Part shown: positions 9,800-18,423 of the stretch, piece after piece
How the letters are laid out: every line of letters starts with the position of its first letter
Position numbering within the stretch: position 1 is the stretch's first letter
Assembly: GCA_964574215.1 (NCBI GenBank)
Contig: CAZNLR010000010.1
Span: 9,954 to 73,953 of the forward strand
DNA from: an uncultured Rhodospirillaceae bacterium
GTDB lineage: Bacteria; Pseudomonadota; Alphaproteobacteria; Rhodospirillales; UBA2165
Length of the DNA: 64,000 nt
Direction of reading: 5' to 3'
Position numbers and translations under genes: made by a program
Notes under the pieces: generated by a model
What the model saw: the letters and a program-made list of their open reading frames with translations, nothing else
What the model was told of the DNA's origin: nothing
Database searches by the model: none

Positions 9800-10453
9800 A
9801 TGAGTGATCAGGCAGTCGAAAAAGCCAAAGGCCTTTCCACTTCAACCGTCAGTGACGCGTTGGACCGTTTGGGCATTGCCGGGCAGTGTCTGGGCATCAA
9901 GCCGGTCGACGTCAAGTTCCGCCTGTGCGGCCGCGCCTACACCATGCGGACAGTGCCGGCGGAGGTGGTCCCCGGCTCGGTCGGCGACTACATTGACGAC
10001 GTTCCCGCCGGTTCGGTGGTGGTCATCGATAATGGCGGCCGCCAGGATAAAACCGTGTGGGGGGATATCCTGACCTTCCTTGCCGACAGGATGGGCGTGG
10101 CGGGAACGGTCATTGACGGTAATTGCCGCGATATCCACCGCTGTATCGAGATCAACTATCCGGTATTTAGCCGGGGCTGGTCCATGCGGACGGGCAAGGA
10201 CCGGGTACAGCTTGATGATATTAATATCCCCGTCTCCATCGGCGACGCCCGGGTCGAGCCCGGCGATATCATGCTGGGTGACGCCGACGGTGTTCTGGTC
10301 ATCCCGAAAGAACACGAAGACAAAGTTATCGAACTGGCCCAGGAAATAGATGAGGCCGAGGAGGCTATTCTGGAAGCCATCGCCGACGGTCTTCGCTTGG
10401 ATGAAGCACGTGAAAAGTTTAAGTATCATCAGCTGCAAAAGCGCGAGAAATAG
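9800..10453 (+). CDS. RraA-fold aldolase/decarboxylase paralog 2
   Basis: 217 aa with the signature VWGDILTFLADRMGVAGTVIDGNCRD. Confidence 0.7.
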   Translation: MSDQAVEKAKGLSTSTVSDALDRLGIAGQCLGIKPVDVKFRLCGRAYTMRTVPAEVVPGSVGDYIDDVPAGSVVVIDNGGRQDKTVWGDILTFLADRMGVAGTVIDGNCRDIHRCIEINYPVFSRGWSMRTGKDRVQLDDINIPVSIGDARVEPGDIMLGDADGVLVIPKEHEDKVIELAQEIDEAEEAILEAIADGLRLDEAREKFKYHQLQKREK

Positions 10454-10455
10454 CT

Positions 10456-11082
10456 ATGTCCAATAGACTGTCCGACGACGTGATCCAGGAAGCAGCGAAG
10501 ATTCCGGCCGCGACTTTGCACGAGGCAGCGGGCAAGATCGGCGCATTGCCGTCCAATCTGAAACCGATTGCCAAGGGCATGAAAATTTGTGGCCGGGCCT
10601 TCACCATCCAGGGGCCTTCGGGGTGCAATTTGTGGCTCCACCGGGCTTTGGCGAAAGCTGAGCCGGGGGATGTCCTGATTGCCGATGTGGGCGGAAATCC
10701 GGAGTTCGGCTACTGGGGCGATATTATGGGAACGGCGGCTTTGAGCCGTGGGATCAATGGCTTGGTCATAGATGGCTGCGTCCGAGATGCGGTCGAACTG
10801 GAGGAAATGAATTTTCCGGTTTTTTCCGCCGGACTTTGCATCCGGGGAACGGACAAGCTGTTCGACGGCAAGGGCGCCCTCAATGAACCCATCACCATCG
10901 GTGAAATCACCGTTAATCCGGGTGATCTGGTTCTCGGTGATAATGACGGCTTGGCTGTCATCCCGGCCGACCAGGTGGCCGATACCATAAGCAAGGCCCA
11001 TGCACGCGAAGCAAAAGAAGACGGCGTAAAAGAACGATTGCGCACCGGAGAAACCACAATGGAAATATACGGCTGGGAATAA
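10456..11082 (+). CDS. RraA-fold aldolase/decarboxylase paralog 3
   Basis: 208 aa, starting 2 nt after the stop of paralog 2. Signature is YWGDIMGTAALSRGINGLVIDGCVRD. Confidence 0.7.
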   Translation: MSNRLSDDVIQEAAKIPAATLHEAAGKIGALPSNLKPIAKGMKICGRAFTIQGPSGCNLWLHRALAKAEPGDVLIADVGGNPEFGYWGDIMGTAALSRGINGLVIDGCVRDAVELEEMNFPVFSAGLCIRGTDKLFDGKGALNEPITIGEITVNPGDLVLGDNDGLAVIPADQVADTISKAHAREAKEDGVKERLRTGETTMEIYGWE

Positions 11083-11113
11083 AGGGCCGCTCTAAAAACC
11101 GAGGGATCATTCA

Positions 11114-12850
11114 ATGCCAAAAGAAACCATCGAATCGGGAATTGTCTCCGACGCCTATCTGCGGCTGCTGGCGGACCGGGGTATCGACTACATGTTTGTT
11201 AACGGCGGCACCGATTTTGCGCCGATTATCGAATCCTTCGCCAAGGCTGATGTTGAAGGCACAAAATTGCCCGAGCCGGTTATCGCGCCCCATGAAAATG
11301 TCGCGGTCAATATGGCCCACGGCTATTACCTGGTAACCGGCAGGCCCCAGGCTGTTATGGTGCATGTCAATGTAGGAACAGCCAACGCCATCTGCGGCGT
11401 GATCAATGCTTATCGGGATCGGGTGCCTATGCTGATGACGGCGGGAAGAACGCCGCTGACTGAAACCGAACTGCCCGGCTCCCGTTCGGGAAGTATCCAC
11501 TGGGCCCAGGAAATGTTCGATCAGGCGGGCATGCTCCGGGAAGCCGTGAAATGGGACTATGAACTGCGCAACGGCGAACAGGTGGAGGCGGTGGTCGACC
11601 GCGCCCTGGAAGTCGCTATGGCGGAGCCCAAAGGTCCTGTCTATCTGTCATTACCCAGGGAAGTTCTGGGCTACGAAATCAAGGATTTTCAATATGAAAC
11701 GCCGTCCCGCCGGGTGACCTCTTCGCCCACAGCGCCCGATCCGGCAGCCATCGAACAGGCTGCGGAAATGCTGGCCGGTGCCGAACGGCCTCTTTTTATC
11801 ACTAGGACAGCCGGACAAAATCCTCTGGCCGCCGAAAAAATGGCTGCTATCGCGGAAGAATATGCCATACCGGTTGGCGAATTCCGGCCCGTTTATAATA
11901 CCTTGCCCAATTCCCACCCCATGAATATCGGGTTCGATCTTAAGGACTATCTGGATCAAGCGGACTGCATCGTTACGTTGGATGCCGATTCACCCTGGTT
12001 GCCGGAGTTCCACGGGCAGCCAGCGGAGGATTGCCCAGTTATTCAAATCGCCGTCGATCCTTTGTTCCAGAACTATCCGATCCGGGGCTTTCCCCGGGAT
12101 CTTTCCATCGCCGCTGATATCGGTCTTGCCTTGGTTTCTTTGGAAAATGCCCTGGAAAAAGCCATGGCTGCGAAAAAAGACCGCATGGTTGATGCCATCG
12201 AAGCCAGGCGGGGCAGACTGGCGGAAAGGAGGAATGAGCGGCTGCGGCGGATTGAAGACGTCATCGGAAAAGTCAAAGCCCAGACCCCCCTCCATCAGGC
12301 CTGGATCACCCGTTGCCTGGACGAGCAGATTGACGATGATGCATTGATCTTCAACGATTATCCGTTGTTGTTGCCGTTTATGAACGAGCGGGAACCCAAT
12401 ACCTATTTCGGCACACCCTTGGCCGGCGGTCTCGGTTGGGGTGTCGGTGCGGCCTTGGGGGCCAAACTGGGCGCGCCGGACAAGCTGGTGGTATCGGCCA
12501 CCGGTGACGGGTCGTACATGTTCGGCAATCCCGTTCCGGCCCATCAGGTGGCCAGCGCCTACGACCTGCCGATTCTTTTTTTGGTGTTCAACAATTCCCT
12601 CTGGGGCGCCGTTAAGCGGTCGACCCTGGGCATGTATCCGGACGGTTACGCAGCCAAAAGCAACAAGATGCCCATCACCGAGATGGAACCGTCGCCGGAA
12701 TACGACAAGATCATGGACATGTTCGGCGGCTATGGGGAAAAGGTGGAAAACCCGGAAGACGTACCCGGCGCCATCGAACGCGCCCTCCATGCCGTCCAGG
12801 TGGAAAAACGCCAGGCCCTGCTCCATTTCGTCACCGGTCTGGCCTGGTAA
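11114..12850 (+). CDS. Thiamine-diphosphate-dependent enzyme (acetolactate synthase large subunit / benzoylformate decarboxylase-like)
   Basis: 578 aa with the three-domain ThDP enzyme length. It has the C-terminal ThDP-Mg motif GDGSYMFGNPVPAHQVASAYDLPILFLVFNN (GDG...NN). Confidence 0.75.
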   Translation: MPKETIESGIVSDAYLRLLADRGIDYMFVNGGTDFAPIIESFAKADVEGTKLPEPVIAPHENVAVNMAHGYYLVTGRPQAVMVHVNVGTANAICGVINAYRDRVPMLMTAGRTPLTETELPGSRSGSIHWAQEMFDQAGMLREAVKWDYELRNGEQVEAVVDRALEVAMAEPKGPVYLSLPREVLGYEIKDFQYETPSRRVTSSPTAPDPAAIEQAAEMLAGAERPLFITRTAGQNPLAAEKMAAIAEEYAIPVGEFRPVYNTLPNSHPMNIGFDLKDYLDQADCIVTLDADSPWLPEFHGQPAEDCPVIQIAVDPLFQNYPIRGFPRDLSIAADIGLALVSLENALEKAMAAKKDRMVDAIEARRGRLAERRNERLRRIEDVIGKVKAQTPLHQAWITRCLDEQIDDDALIFNDYPLLLPFMNEREPNTYFGTPLAGGLGWGVGAALGAKLGAPDKLVVSATGDGSYMFGNPVPAHQVASAYDLPILFLVFNNSLWGAVKRSTLGMYPDGYAAKSNKMPITEMEPSPEYDKIMDMFGGYGEKVENPEDVPGAIERALHAVQVEKRQALLHFVTGLAW

Positions 12851-12888
12851 AATTAAATCCAATTAAATCCCGCCAGTCGGCGATCTGC

Positions 12889-12987
12889 ACCCCCATCCCA
12901 ACCTTCCCCCGTCAAAGGGGGAAGGGGATTTTTTGATATCCTCCCCCCCCATATCCCAATTGGGCGGGAGAGGGTTAGGGTGGGGGA
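12889..12987. repeat. Second pair of inverted REP-like units, same family as 9672-9770
   Basis: Unit C (12889-12927) contains the stem CCTTCCCCC/GGGGGAAGG. The inverted unit D is degenerate, but GAGGGTTAGGGTGGGG (12970-12985) is the exact reverse complement of the CCCCACCCTAACCCTC core of unit A. The pair sits between convergent gene ends. Confidence 0.75.
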
Positions 12988-13812
12988 TTATACCTTCTCG
13001 ATATAGAGATCCGGCAGCAATTCCTGTGAGGGGTCTTGGGCGTAGTGGCTTAGGTCCGTCACGCCTTCCTCCGCCAGGACTTGGTCGTCGATATAGAAAT
13101 TACCGGTGCAGGTGCCGCTGTCCCGGGTCAGGATGGTGTAGGCCGCATCGGCCATGATGTCCGGCTTACGGGCATTTTTGATCTCGACCCCCGGCACCAA
13201 GGCCAGGGCCGCCGTGGCGATGACCGTCCGGGGCCACAAACTGTTGCAGGCGATGCCGTCGTTCCTGAATTCCTCCGCCATGCCCAAGGTGCACATGGAC
13301 ATGCCGTATTTGGCCATGGAATAGGCAACATAGGGCGCAAACCATTTGGGCTGCATATCAAGAGGCGGCGACAGGGTCAGGATATGGGAGTTATCACCCT
13401 CAAGGAGATATTTATGCGCCAGATGACAGCAGGCATAGGTGCCGCGGGCGTTGATCTGGTGCATCAGGTCGTAACGTTTCAGGGGCGTTGCCGTGGTCGG
13501 CGTTAGGCTGATGGCGCTGGCGTTATTGACCAGGATATCGATGCCGTCAAAGGTTTCGGCGGTTTGTTCCATGGCCGCCTCAATCTGATCCTCGTGGCGG
13601 ATGTCGCATTGAATGGCCAAAGCCTTGCCGCCGGCATTTTCAATATCCTCGGCGGCGGTGAAAATTGTGCCGGGAAGTTTCGGGTGCGGTTCCACCGTCT
13701 TGGCGGCGATAGCGACATTGGCCCCTTCTCGGGCGGCCCGCAGTCCGATGGCCAACCCGATACCCCGTGATGCGCCGGTGATGAAGAGTGTTTTATTCTT
13801 GAGATCGCCCAT
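12988..13812 (-). CDS. Short-chain dehydrogenase/reductase (HSDL2-like SDR)
   Basis: 274 aa with the TGASRGIG cofactor motif, NNASAI, and the catalytic YSMAK (YxxxK). Confidence 0.8.
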   Translation of the reverse strand: MGDLKNKTLFITGASRGIGLAIGLRAAREGANVAIAAKTVEPHPKLPGTIFTAAEDIENAGGKALAIQCDIRHEDQIEAAMEQTAETFDGIDILVNNASAISLTPTTATPLKRYDLMHQINARGTYACCHLAHKYLLEGDNSHILTLSPPLDMQPKWFAPYVAYSMAKYGMSMCTLGMAEEFRNDGIACNSLWPRTVIATAALALVPGVEIKNARKPDIMADAAYTILTRDSGTCTGNFYIDDQVLAEEGVTDLSHYAQDPSQELLPDLYIEKV

Positions 13813-13962
13813 TTTCCCAAATCCTTTCTCATTATTTTACTTAAGTGGCGGTTTCGTTGACATGGGCCCGGCCTCTGCCTAACATAAAAACGCTCGTTCG
13901 TATTTTTACTATGTACCGGCCCTGAGAACGAAAGTCCTCGCTGGTTCCGGCAGGGTATAAAA

Positions 13963-14619
13963 ATGAGGCGGGGTAGGGCAATGGAAACCGGAACGATGGA
14001 TAATAATATTTCACCGTCCCTAGGCAGCGACGGCAACAAATACAAAAAAGGCCTCGAAACGCGGGATAAAATTCTCGCCGAAGCCTGCGCATTGTTCGAT
14101 AGCCAGGGCTTCGCCAAAACCTCCATTCGCCGTTTGATCAAGAATCTCGGTAAAAGCAGCTCGGTGGTCTACAACCACTTTGCCGACAAAGAAGACATTC
14201 TGTTCGTCATCACCCACGGCACCGGGGTCAAGGTCGTCAGCCTACTAAACGCGATCATGGATGAGACGGCGGACGCCGACGCGTGCCTGGAAAAAATGAT
14301 TTTGGATATGCTTTTTCTGATGGAGCAGCCTCGGGTAAAAATGGAAATCTCCATCTTCAACAACGAAGCCCACCATTTGCCCGAAGACAGGCGTAAATTG
14401 GTCAATGAGAAACACCTGGAAACCGTCCATCTGTTCGAACAGGCCGTAAAGGCCGTCTATAAAAAAAGAGGGTGTAGCGCCGTCAACGAAAAAATCGCCG
14501 CCTATAATATCCTGGCCGCCATCAATTGGGTCTATGTCTGGTACCGGGAAGACGGACCCTTGAGCCTGGAGGAGATCGCCCAGGACGTGGTTAAATTCAT
14601 ATTCCATGGATTAGATTGA
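13963..14619 (+). CDS. TetR/AcrR-family transcriptional regulator
   Basis: 218 aa, or 212 aa from ATG 13981. The HTH is TRDKILAEACALFDSQGFAKTSIRRLIKNLGKSSSVVYNHFADKEDIL. Confidence 0.85.
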   Translation: MRRGRAMETGTMDNNISPSLGSDGNKYKKGLETRDKILAEACALFDSQGFAKTSIRRLIKNLGKSSSVVYNHFADKEDILFVITHGTGVKVVSLLNAIMDETADADACLEKMILDMLFLMEQPRVKMEISIFNNEAHHLPEDRRKLVNEKHLETVHLFEQAVKAVYKKRGCSAVNEKIAAYNILAAINWVYVWYREDGPLSLEEIAQDVVKFIFHGLD

Positions 14620-15371
14620 TGACTGAAAGCATTCTCTTAAAAGATATCAAAGATCATGTCGCCGTGTTAACCCTCAACCGGCCCGACCAGGCCAATTCCC
14701 TGAGCCAGGATCTTTTTATTGCTCTCAAGGTCACGCTGGCGGAGTTGGACGCCGACGGCGAAGTGCGGGTGGTGGTGATGACTGGGGCCGGGGAACGGTT
14801 TTTTTGCGCCGGTGTCGACCTCAAAGAACGCGGCGCCATGACCGAGGACGAGGTCTGGGAAAACCGGAAAGTCGCCGTCAAACCCTGCTTCGATGCCTTC
14901 CGCACTTTTTCGAAACCGATCATCGCCGCCGCCAATGGCGTGGCCCTGGGCGGCGGCGCGGAGATTGCGCTGGCTTGCGACATTCGGCTGGCTGTACCCC
15001 ATGCCCAATTCGCCCATACGGAAATCAACTGGGGCATGATCCCGGCGGCGGGCGCCCATCAGCGGCTTCGCAATGTGGTCGGTCTCGGCATGGCCAAGGA
15101 GATCATGTTCACGGGCCGTAAGCTGGAGGCAGAAGAGGCCGGGCGGTTGGGCATCTACAATCATATTTACGCTCCCGACCAACTGATGCCGGAAGCTATG
15201 ACGATGGCTTCAACCATCGCCGGGCATTCACCCCTGGCGGTGCGGCAATCGAAAAAGGTCTACGACACCGGTGCTTATTCCGAAGAGGACTTCGAGTTCG
15301 AATACCAGGCCTCCATCGAATGCTATACCGACGGCGAGGCCATGACCGGCGCCAAGAGATTCAAGAAATAG
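14619..15371 (+). CDS. Enoyl-CoA hydratase/isomerase (crotonase fold)
   Basis: ATG 14619 overlaps the TetR stop (TGATG); the track start TTG 14616 is also possible. Motifs are FFCAGVDLKE and ANGVALGGGAEIALACDIRLA. Confidence 0.85.
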   Translation: MTESILLKDIKDHVAVLTLNRPDQANSLSQDLFIALKVTLAELDADGEVRVVVMTGAGERFFCAGVDLKERGAMTEDEVWENRKVAVKPCFDAFRTFSKPIIAAANGVALGGGAEIALACDIRLAVPHAQFAHTEINWGMIPAAGAHQRLRNVVGLGMAKEIMFTGRKLEAEEAGRLGIYNHIYAPDQLMPEAMTMASTIAGHSPLAVRQSKKVYDTGAYSEEDFEFEYQASIECYTDGEAMTGAKRFKK

Positions 15372-15529
15372 TTAATTTATCGACTGTCGATTAATTCATA
15401 CACTTTCACAACTTCGTTAATTCTCAACTGTCGAGAAATTGTCCTCTGGTCTAAAAACGTGAGAATTCAGCGACCAAAGGTTAATTTAACGACTGTCGAT
15501 TAATTCACAGGCTTTCACAACTTGGTTAA
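15371..15529. repeat. Two 50-bp direct repeats carrying CGACTGTCG-centred palindromes
   Basis: Repeats are 15371-15420 and 15480-15529, with 45/50 positions identical. Each begins with the near-palindrome TTAATTTxxCGACTGTCGATTAATT. A third related palindrome, TTCTCAACTGTCGAGAA (15421-15437), lies in the 59-bp spacer. Repeat 1 starts on the last base of the + gene stop, and repeat 2 covers the stop of the - gene. Confidence 0.85.
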
Positions 15530-16410
15530 AGCCCCAGCACTCTAATCGCGTTATCCCGCAGCAGCTTCTTCTTCACCGCATGTTTCAAGCCCAGTTCGTG
15601 GACCTGGGGCAGGATGTGGTCGTGGGTGAAGGCGGTGGGGCCATTGGTGCCCCAGAGGACCTTGTCCTGGCCGCGGGTTTTGACGAAGGTGAGCAGGCTT
15701 TTGTCCCAGTATTTCGGCATATGGGCGTCCATGCCCACATAGACGTTGTCGTGCTTCCAGGCCATGGCGATCATTTCCTCGCACCAGGGCCAGCCGGTGT
15801 GGGTGCCGACGATGGTCAGGCCCGGAAAATCCAGGGCGATGTTGTCCAACAGGATGGGTCGCGCGTGTTCGCTGGGCATGCTTTCCGCCGAATGTCCCAC
15901 CTGCATGGAAACGGGCACCCCCAGTTCCTCGCATTTGGCGTAGAAGGGATAGAGCCGGCGGTGGTCAATGGGAATGTTGAAACCGTAGACATGCAGATAG
16001 GCGGCCTTAAAGCCGAACTCCTTGATGCCCCGTTCCATATCGCGGACACCGTCCATGCCCTTCAGCGGGTTGATGCCGGCGAAACCGATGAAGCGGTCGG
16101 GGTGGGCTTCGATCACTTCGGCCATTTCCTCGTCGGTGACGTCGATGATAATGCGGTCTTCTTTGTAGGACTTCATTTTGAACTGCATCATGCAATGTCT
16201 TTCGACACCCGCCTCGTCCATCAGCGCCACCATTTCGTCCGGGGTCCAGCCCTTGCGGATGACCTCGTCAAACTTCCACCACTCGGCCAGTTTGCGCAGC
16301 TCGTCACTGGCGAACCAGTATTTCTCGAAATACTGCTGGGTAAACATATAGCCCATGAAATCGATGGCCTTAATTTCCTCTTCTTCTTCAATATTTTCCT
16401 TATCGGACAT
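15526..16410 (-). CDS. Amidohydrolase-2 family hydrolase/decarboxylase
   Basis: 294 aa with the Amidohydro_2 pattern (VSMQVGHS, IVGTHTGWPW, GMDAHMP). It is the last gene of a minus-strand CoA-metabolism operon. Confidence 0.65.
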   Translation of the reverse strand: MSDKENIEEEEEIKAIDFMGYMFTQQYFEKYWFASDELRKLAEWWKFDEVIRKGWTPDEMVALMDEAGVERHCMMQFKMKSYKEDRIIIDVTDEEMAEVIEAHPDRFIGFAGINPLKGMDGVRDMERGIKEFGFKAAYLHVYGFNIPIDHRRLYPFYAKCEELGVPVSMQVGHSAESMPSEHARPILLDNIALDFPGLTIVGTHTGWPWCEEMIAMAWKHDNVYVGMDAHMPKYWDKSLLTFVKTRGQDKVLWGTNGPTAFTHDHILPQVHELGLKHAVKKKLLRDNAIRVLGL

Positions 16411-16436
16411 AATGCGTTCCTCTTATTGTAATTTTT

Positions 16437-17189
16437 TTAGAGACCAAACATGCCGCCGTCGACATTGATGACTTGGCCGTGAATATAGTGGCCTTCGTCC
16501 GAGGCCAGATATCTGAACATGGGGGCGATCATGTCGGTGGTGCCGAATTTGCCCATGAGAATGCGGTTGAGGGTCGCCTCCCGGAATTTTTCGTCGCCCC
16601 TGATGGTTTCGGTCATGGCCGTTTCCACCACGCCCGGGCAGACGGCGTTGACGTTAATGTCGTAGCGGGCCAATTCCTTGGCGCAGCTTTTCATCAGACC
16701 CAGCATACCGCCCTTGGCGGCGCCGTAATTGCATTGGCCGATGGTGCCTTCCGATCCGGCGATTGAAGATACGAAAATGATGGAGCCGTAATTCTGCCCC
16801 TTCATGTGGCGCGCCGCCTCCCGTGTACAGAGGAACGACCCGGTTAGGTGGGAGTTGATCACATTAAACCATTTATCCAGCGTCATATTGGTCAGCATGG
16901 CCGGGTCGGAGGCGCCGGCGCAATTGACCAGAATATCCACCTTGCCGTAGGTCTCCACCGTGTGATCCACCAGGGAGATAACCTGGTTTTCATCGCCCAC
17001 ATCGGTTTGGACGAAAATTCCCTTGCCGCCCATGCCTTCGATCTGGGAGAGGGTCTCCTTGACCTCGTCGTGTTCGGCGATATCGGATATGACCACCGTG
17101 GCGCCTTCACGGACGAACTCCAACGCGCCCGCCTTACCGATGCCGCGGCCGCCACCGGTAATGATCGCTACTCTGCCAGCCAGTTTCAT
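16437..17189 (-). CDS. SDR oxidoreductase, FabG-like (3-oxoacyl/3-hydroxyacyl reductase type)
   Basis: 250 aa with TGGGRGIGKA, NCAGA and the catalytic YGAAK. Confidence 0.8.
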   Translation of the reverse strand: MKLAGRVAIITGGGRGIGKAGALEFVREGATVVISDIAEHDEVKETLSQIEGMGGKGIFVQTDVGDENQVISLVDHTVETYGKVDILVNCAGASDPAMLTNMTLDKWFNVINSHLTGSFLCTREAARHMKGQNYGSIIFVSSIAGSEGTIGQCNYGAAKGGMLGLMKSCAKELARYDINVNAVCPGVVETAMTETIRGDEKFREATLNRILMGKFGTTDMIAPMFRYLASDEGHYIHGQVINVDGGMFGL

Positions 17190-17211
17190 GGCCTGCCTCC
17201 CCCGTTCAGTC

Positions 17212-18402
17212 TCAAATTACCCCATCTTCCCTAAGCTGCGCTCGCGCCGTTTCGTCGTAGCCGAGCTCGCTCAAAATTTCATCGGTATGCTGGCCGAAAG
17301 TGGGCGACGGTGAACGCAAGGTGTCCAGCTCGCCGGAAAAGCGGGCCGGGAAATCCAGTTGAACCTGTCGGCCCCGGTCCGGATCGTCCATCTCGGTTAT
17401 CAGTCCCCTCTCCCGAAGATGTTCGTCCTTCAGCATTTGGACAGTATCGAGGACCGGTATGACGCAGGTGTCCACGTCTTTAAGAAGATCGACCCACTCC
17501 TGCTGGGTCTTTCCGCCGATCAATTTCTTGACCGCCTCGGTGCCTTCTTCTCCTTCCCGGTAGTCCTCCAAATGGTGTTCCATCAAATCCATCCGGTCGG
17601 CGGCCTCCAGGAAATTCCGCCAGAATTTTTCCTCGTTGCAGCCCAGGGACATAAAGCGGCCGTCCTTGGTTTCATACGTATTGTAGACGATGCTGCCGCC
17701 TCTGAGATCGACCGGACGGGCGCGTTGGCCCTTTTGAGCGGCGAAGTGTTCGGCCACGCCCAGCAGATTGAAAGATGCCATAACATCGCTTTGGCAAACG
17801 TCGATATACTGGCCCCCGTTTTCATTTGGGCCCGTGTTGGCTTTCCCCATCAAAGCTGCCAAAACGGCAAAAGCGGTAAACAGGCCGCCGCCCGCCAAAT
17901 CGGAGAACAGCGCTCCCGGCACCACAGGGCGGCCGGTATGCTGACCGGTCAGATTGAGAATGCCGGAAAGGGCGAGGTAATTGAGGTCGTGCCCCGGCTT
18001 GTCCCGCAGCGGCCCCGTCTGGCCGAAACCGGTGGTGGAGCAATATATGATGTCCGGTTTAATCTCCTTGACCACATCGTAACCCAAACCCAGCCGTTCC
18101 ATGACTCCTGGCCGGAAACTTTCGATGATGACGTCGTAGTCGGGCACCAGTTTTTTGAAAATGGCAATGCCGTCCTCGTGCTTGAAGTTGAGCTTGAGGC
18201 TCTTTTTGTTGCGGTTGGCGAGAAGGAAGGCAGCGCTTTCATAAGACTGAGTGGCTTCGCCCCATCGGCCGTAATCGCCGACCGTGGGCTCCTCCACTTT
18301 GACCACCTCGGCGCCGAGATCGCCCAACAACATGGTGCAGTAATGATAAGGCAGCAGTCGGGTGCAATCTAGGATGCGGACGCCGGCGAGGGGTTGGTAC
18401 AT
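17212..18402 (-). CDS. Family III CoA-transferase (CaiB/BaiF type)
   Basis: 396 aa. The N-terminus LAGVRILDCTRLLPYHYCTMLLGDLGAEVVKVEEP is typical of the family. Confidence 0.85.
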   Translation of the reverse strand: MYQPLAGVRILDCTRLLPYHYCTMLLGDLGAEVVKVEEPTVGDYGRWGEATQSYESAAFLLANRNKKSLKLNFKHEDGIAIFKKLVPDYDVIIESFRPGVMERLGLGYDVVKEIKPDIIYCSTTGFGQTGPLRDKPGHDLNYLALSGILNLTGQHTGRPVVPGALFSDLAGGGLFTAFAVLAALMGKANTGPNENGGQYIDVCQSDVMASFNLLGVAEHFAAQKGQRARPVDLRGGSIVYNTYETKDGRFMSLGCNEEKFWRNFLEAADRMDLMEHHLEDYREGEEGTEAVKKLIGGKTQQEWVDLLKDVDTCVIPVLDTVQMLKDEHLRERGLITEMDDPDRGRQVQLDFPARFSGELDTLRSPSPTFGQHTDEILSELGYDETARAQLREDGVI

Positions 18403-18423
18403 AAAGGAACTCCGTTAGTAGCT

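Noticed and set aside
9672-12987. CRISPR array interpretation of the GC-rich repeats (and of the GGGGACA cluster at 56104-56323)
   Set aside because: There are only two units per locus, in inverted rather than direct orientation. There are no regularly sized unique spacers and no cas genes. The features fit REP/BIME-type elements and short motif clusters.
12933-13157. 74-aa + strand ORF (PPISQLGGRGLGWG...)
   Set aside because: It starts inside the REP-like G/C runs and runs antisense into the SDR gene. It is an artefact of the repeat sequence.
13503-14141. 212-aa minus-strand ORF spanning the SDR 5' end and the TetR promoter region
   Set aside because: It overlaps two well-supported genes on different strands and crosses a divergent promoter region. 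It has no motifs.
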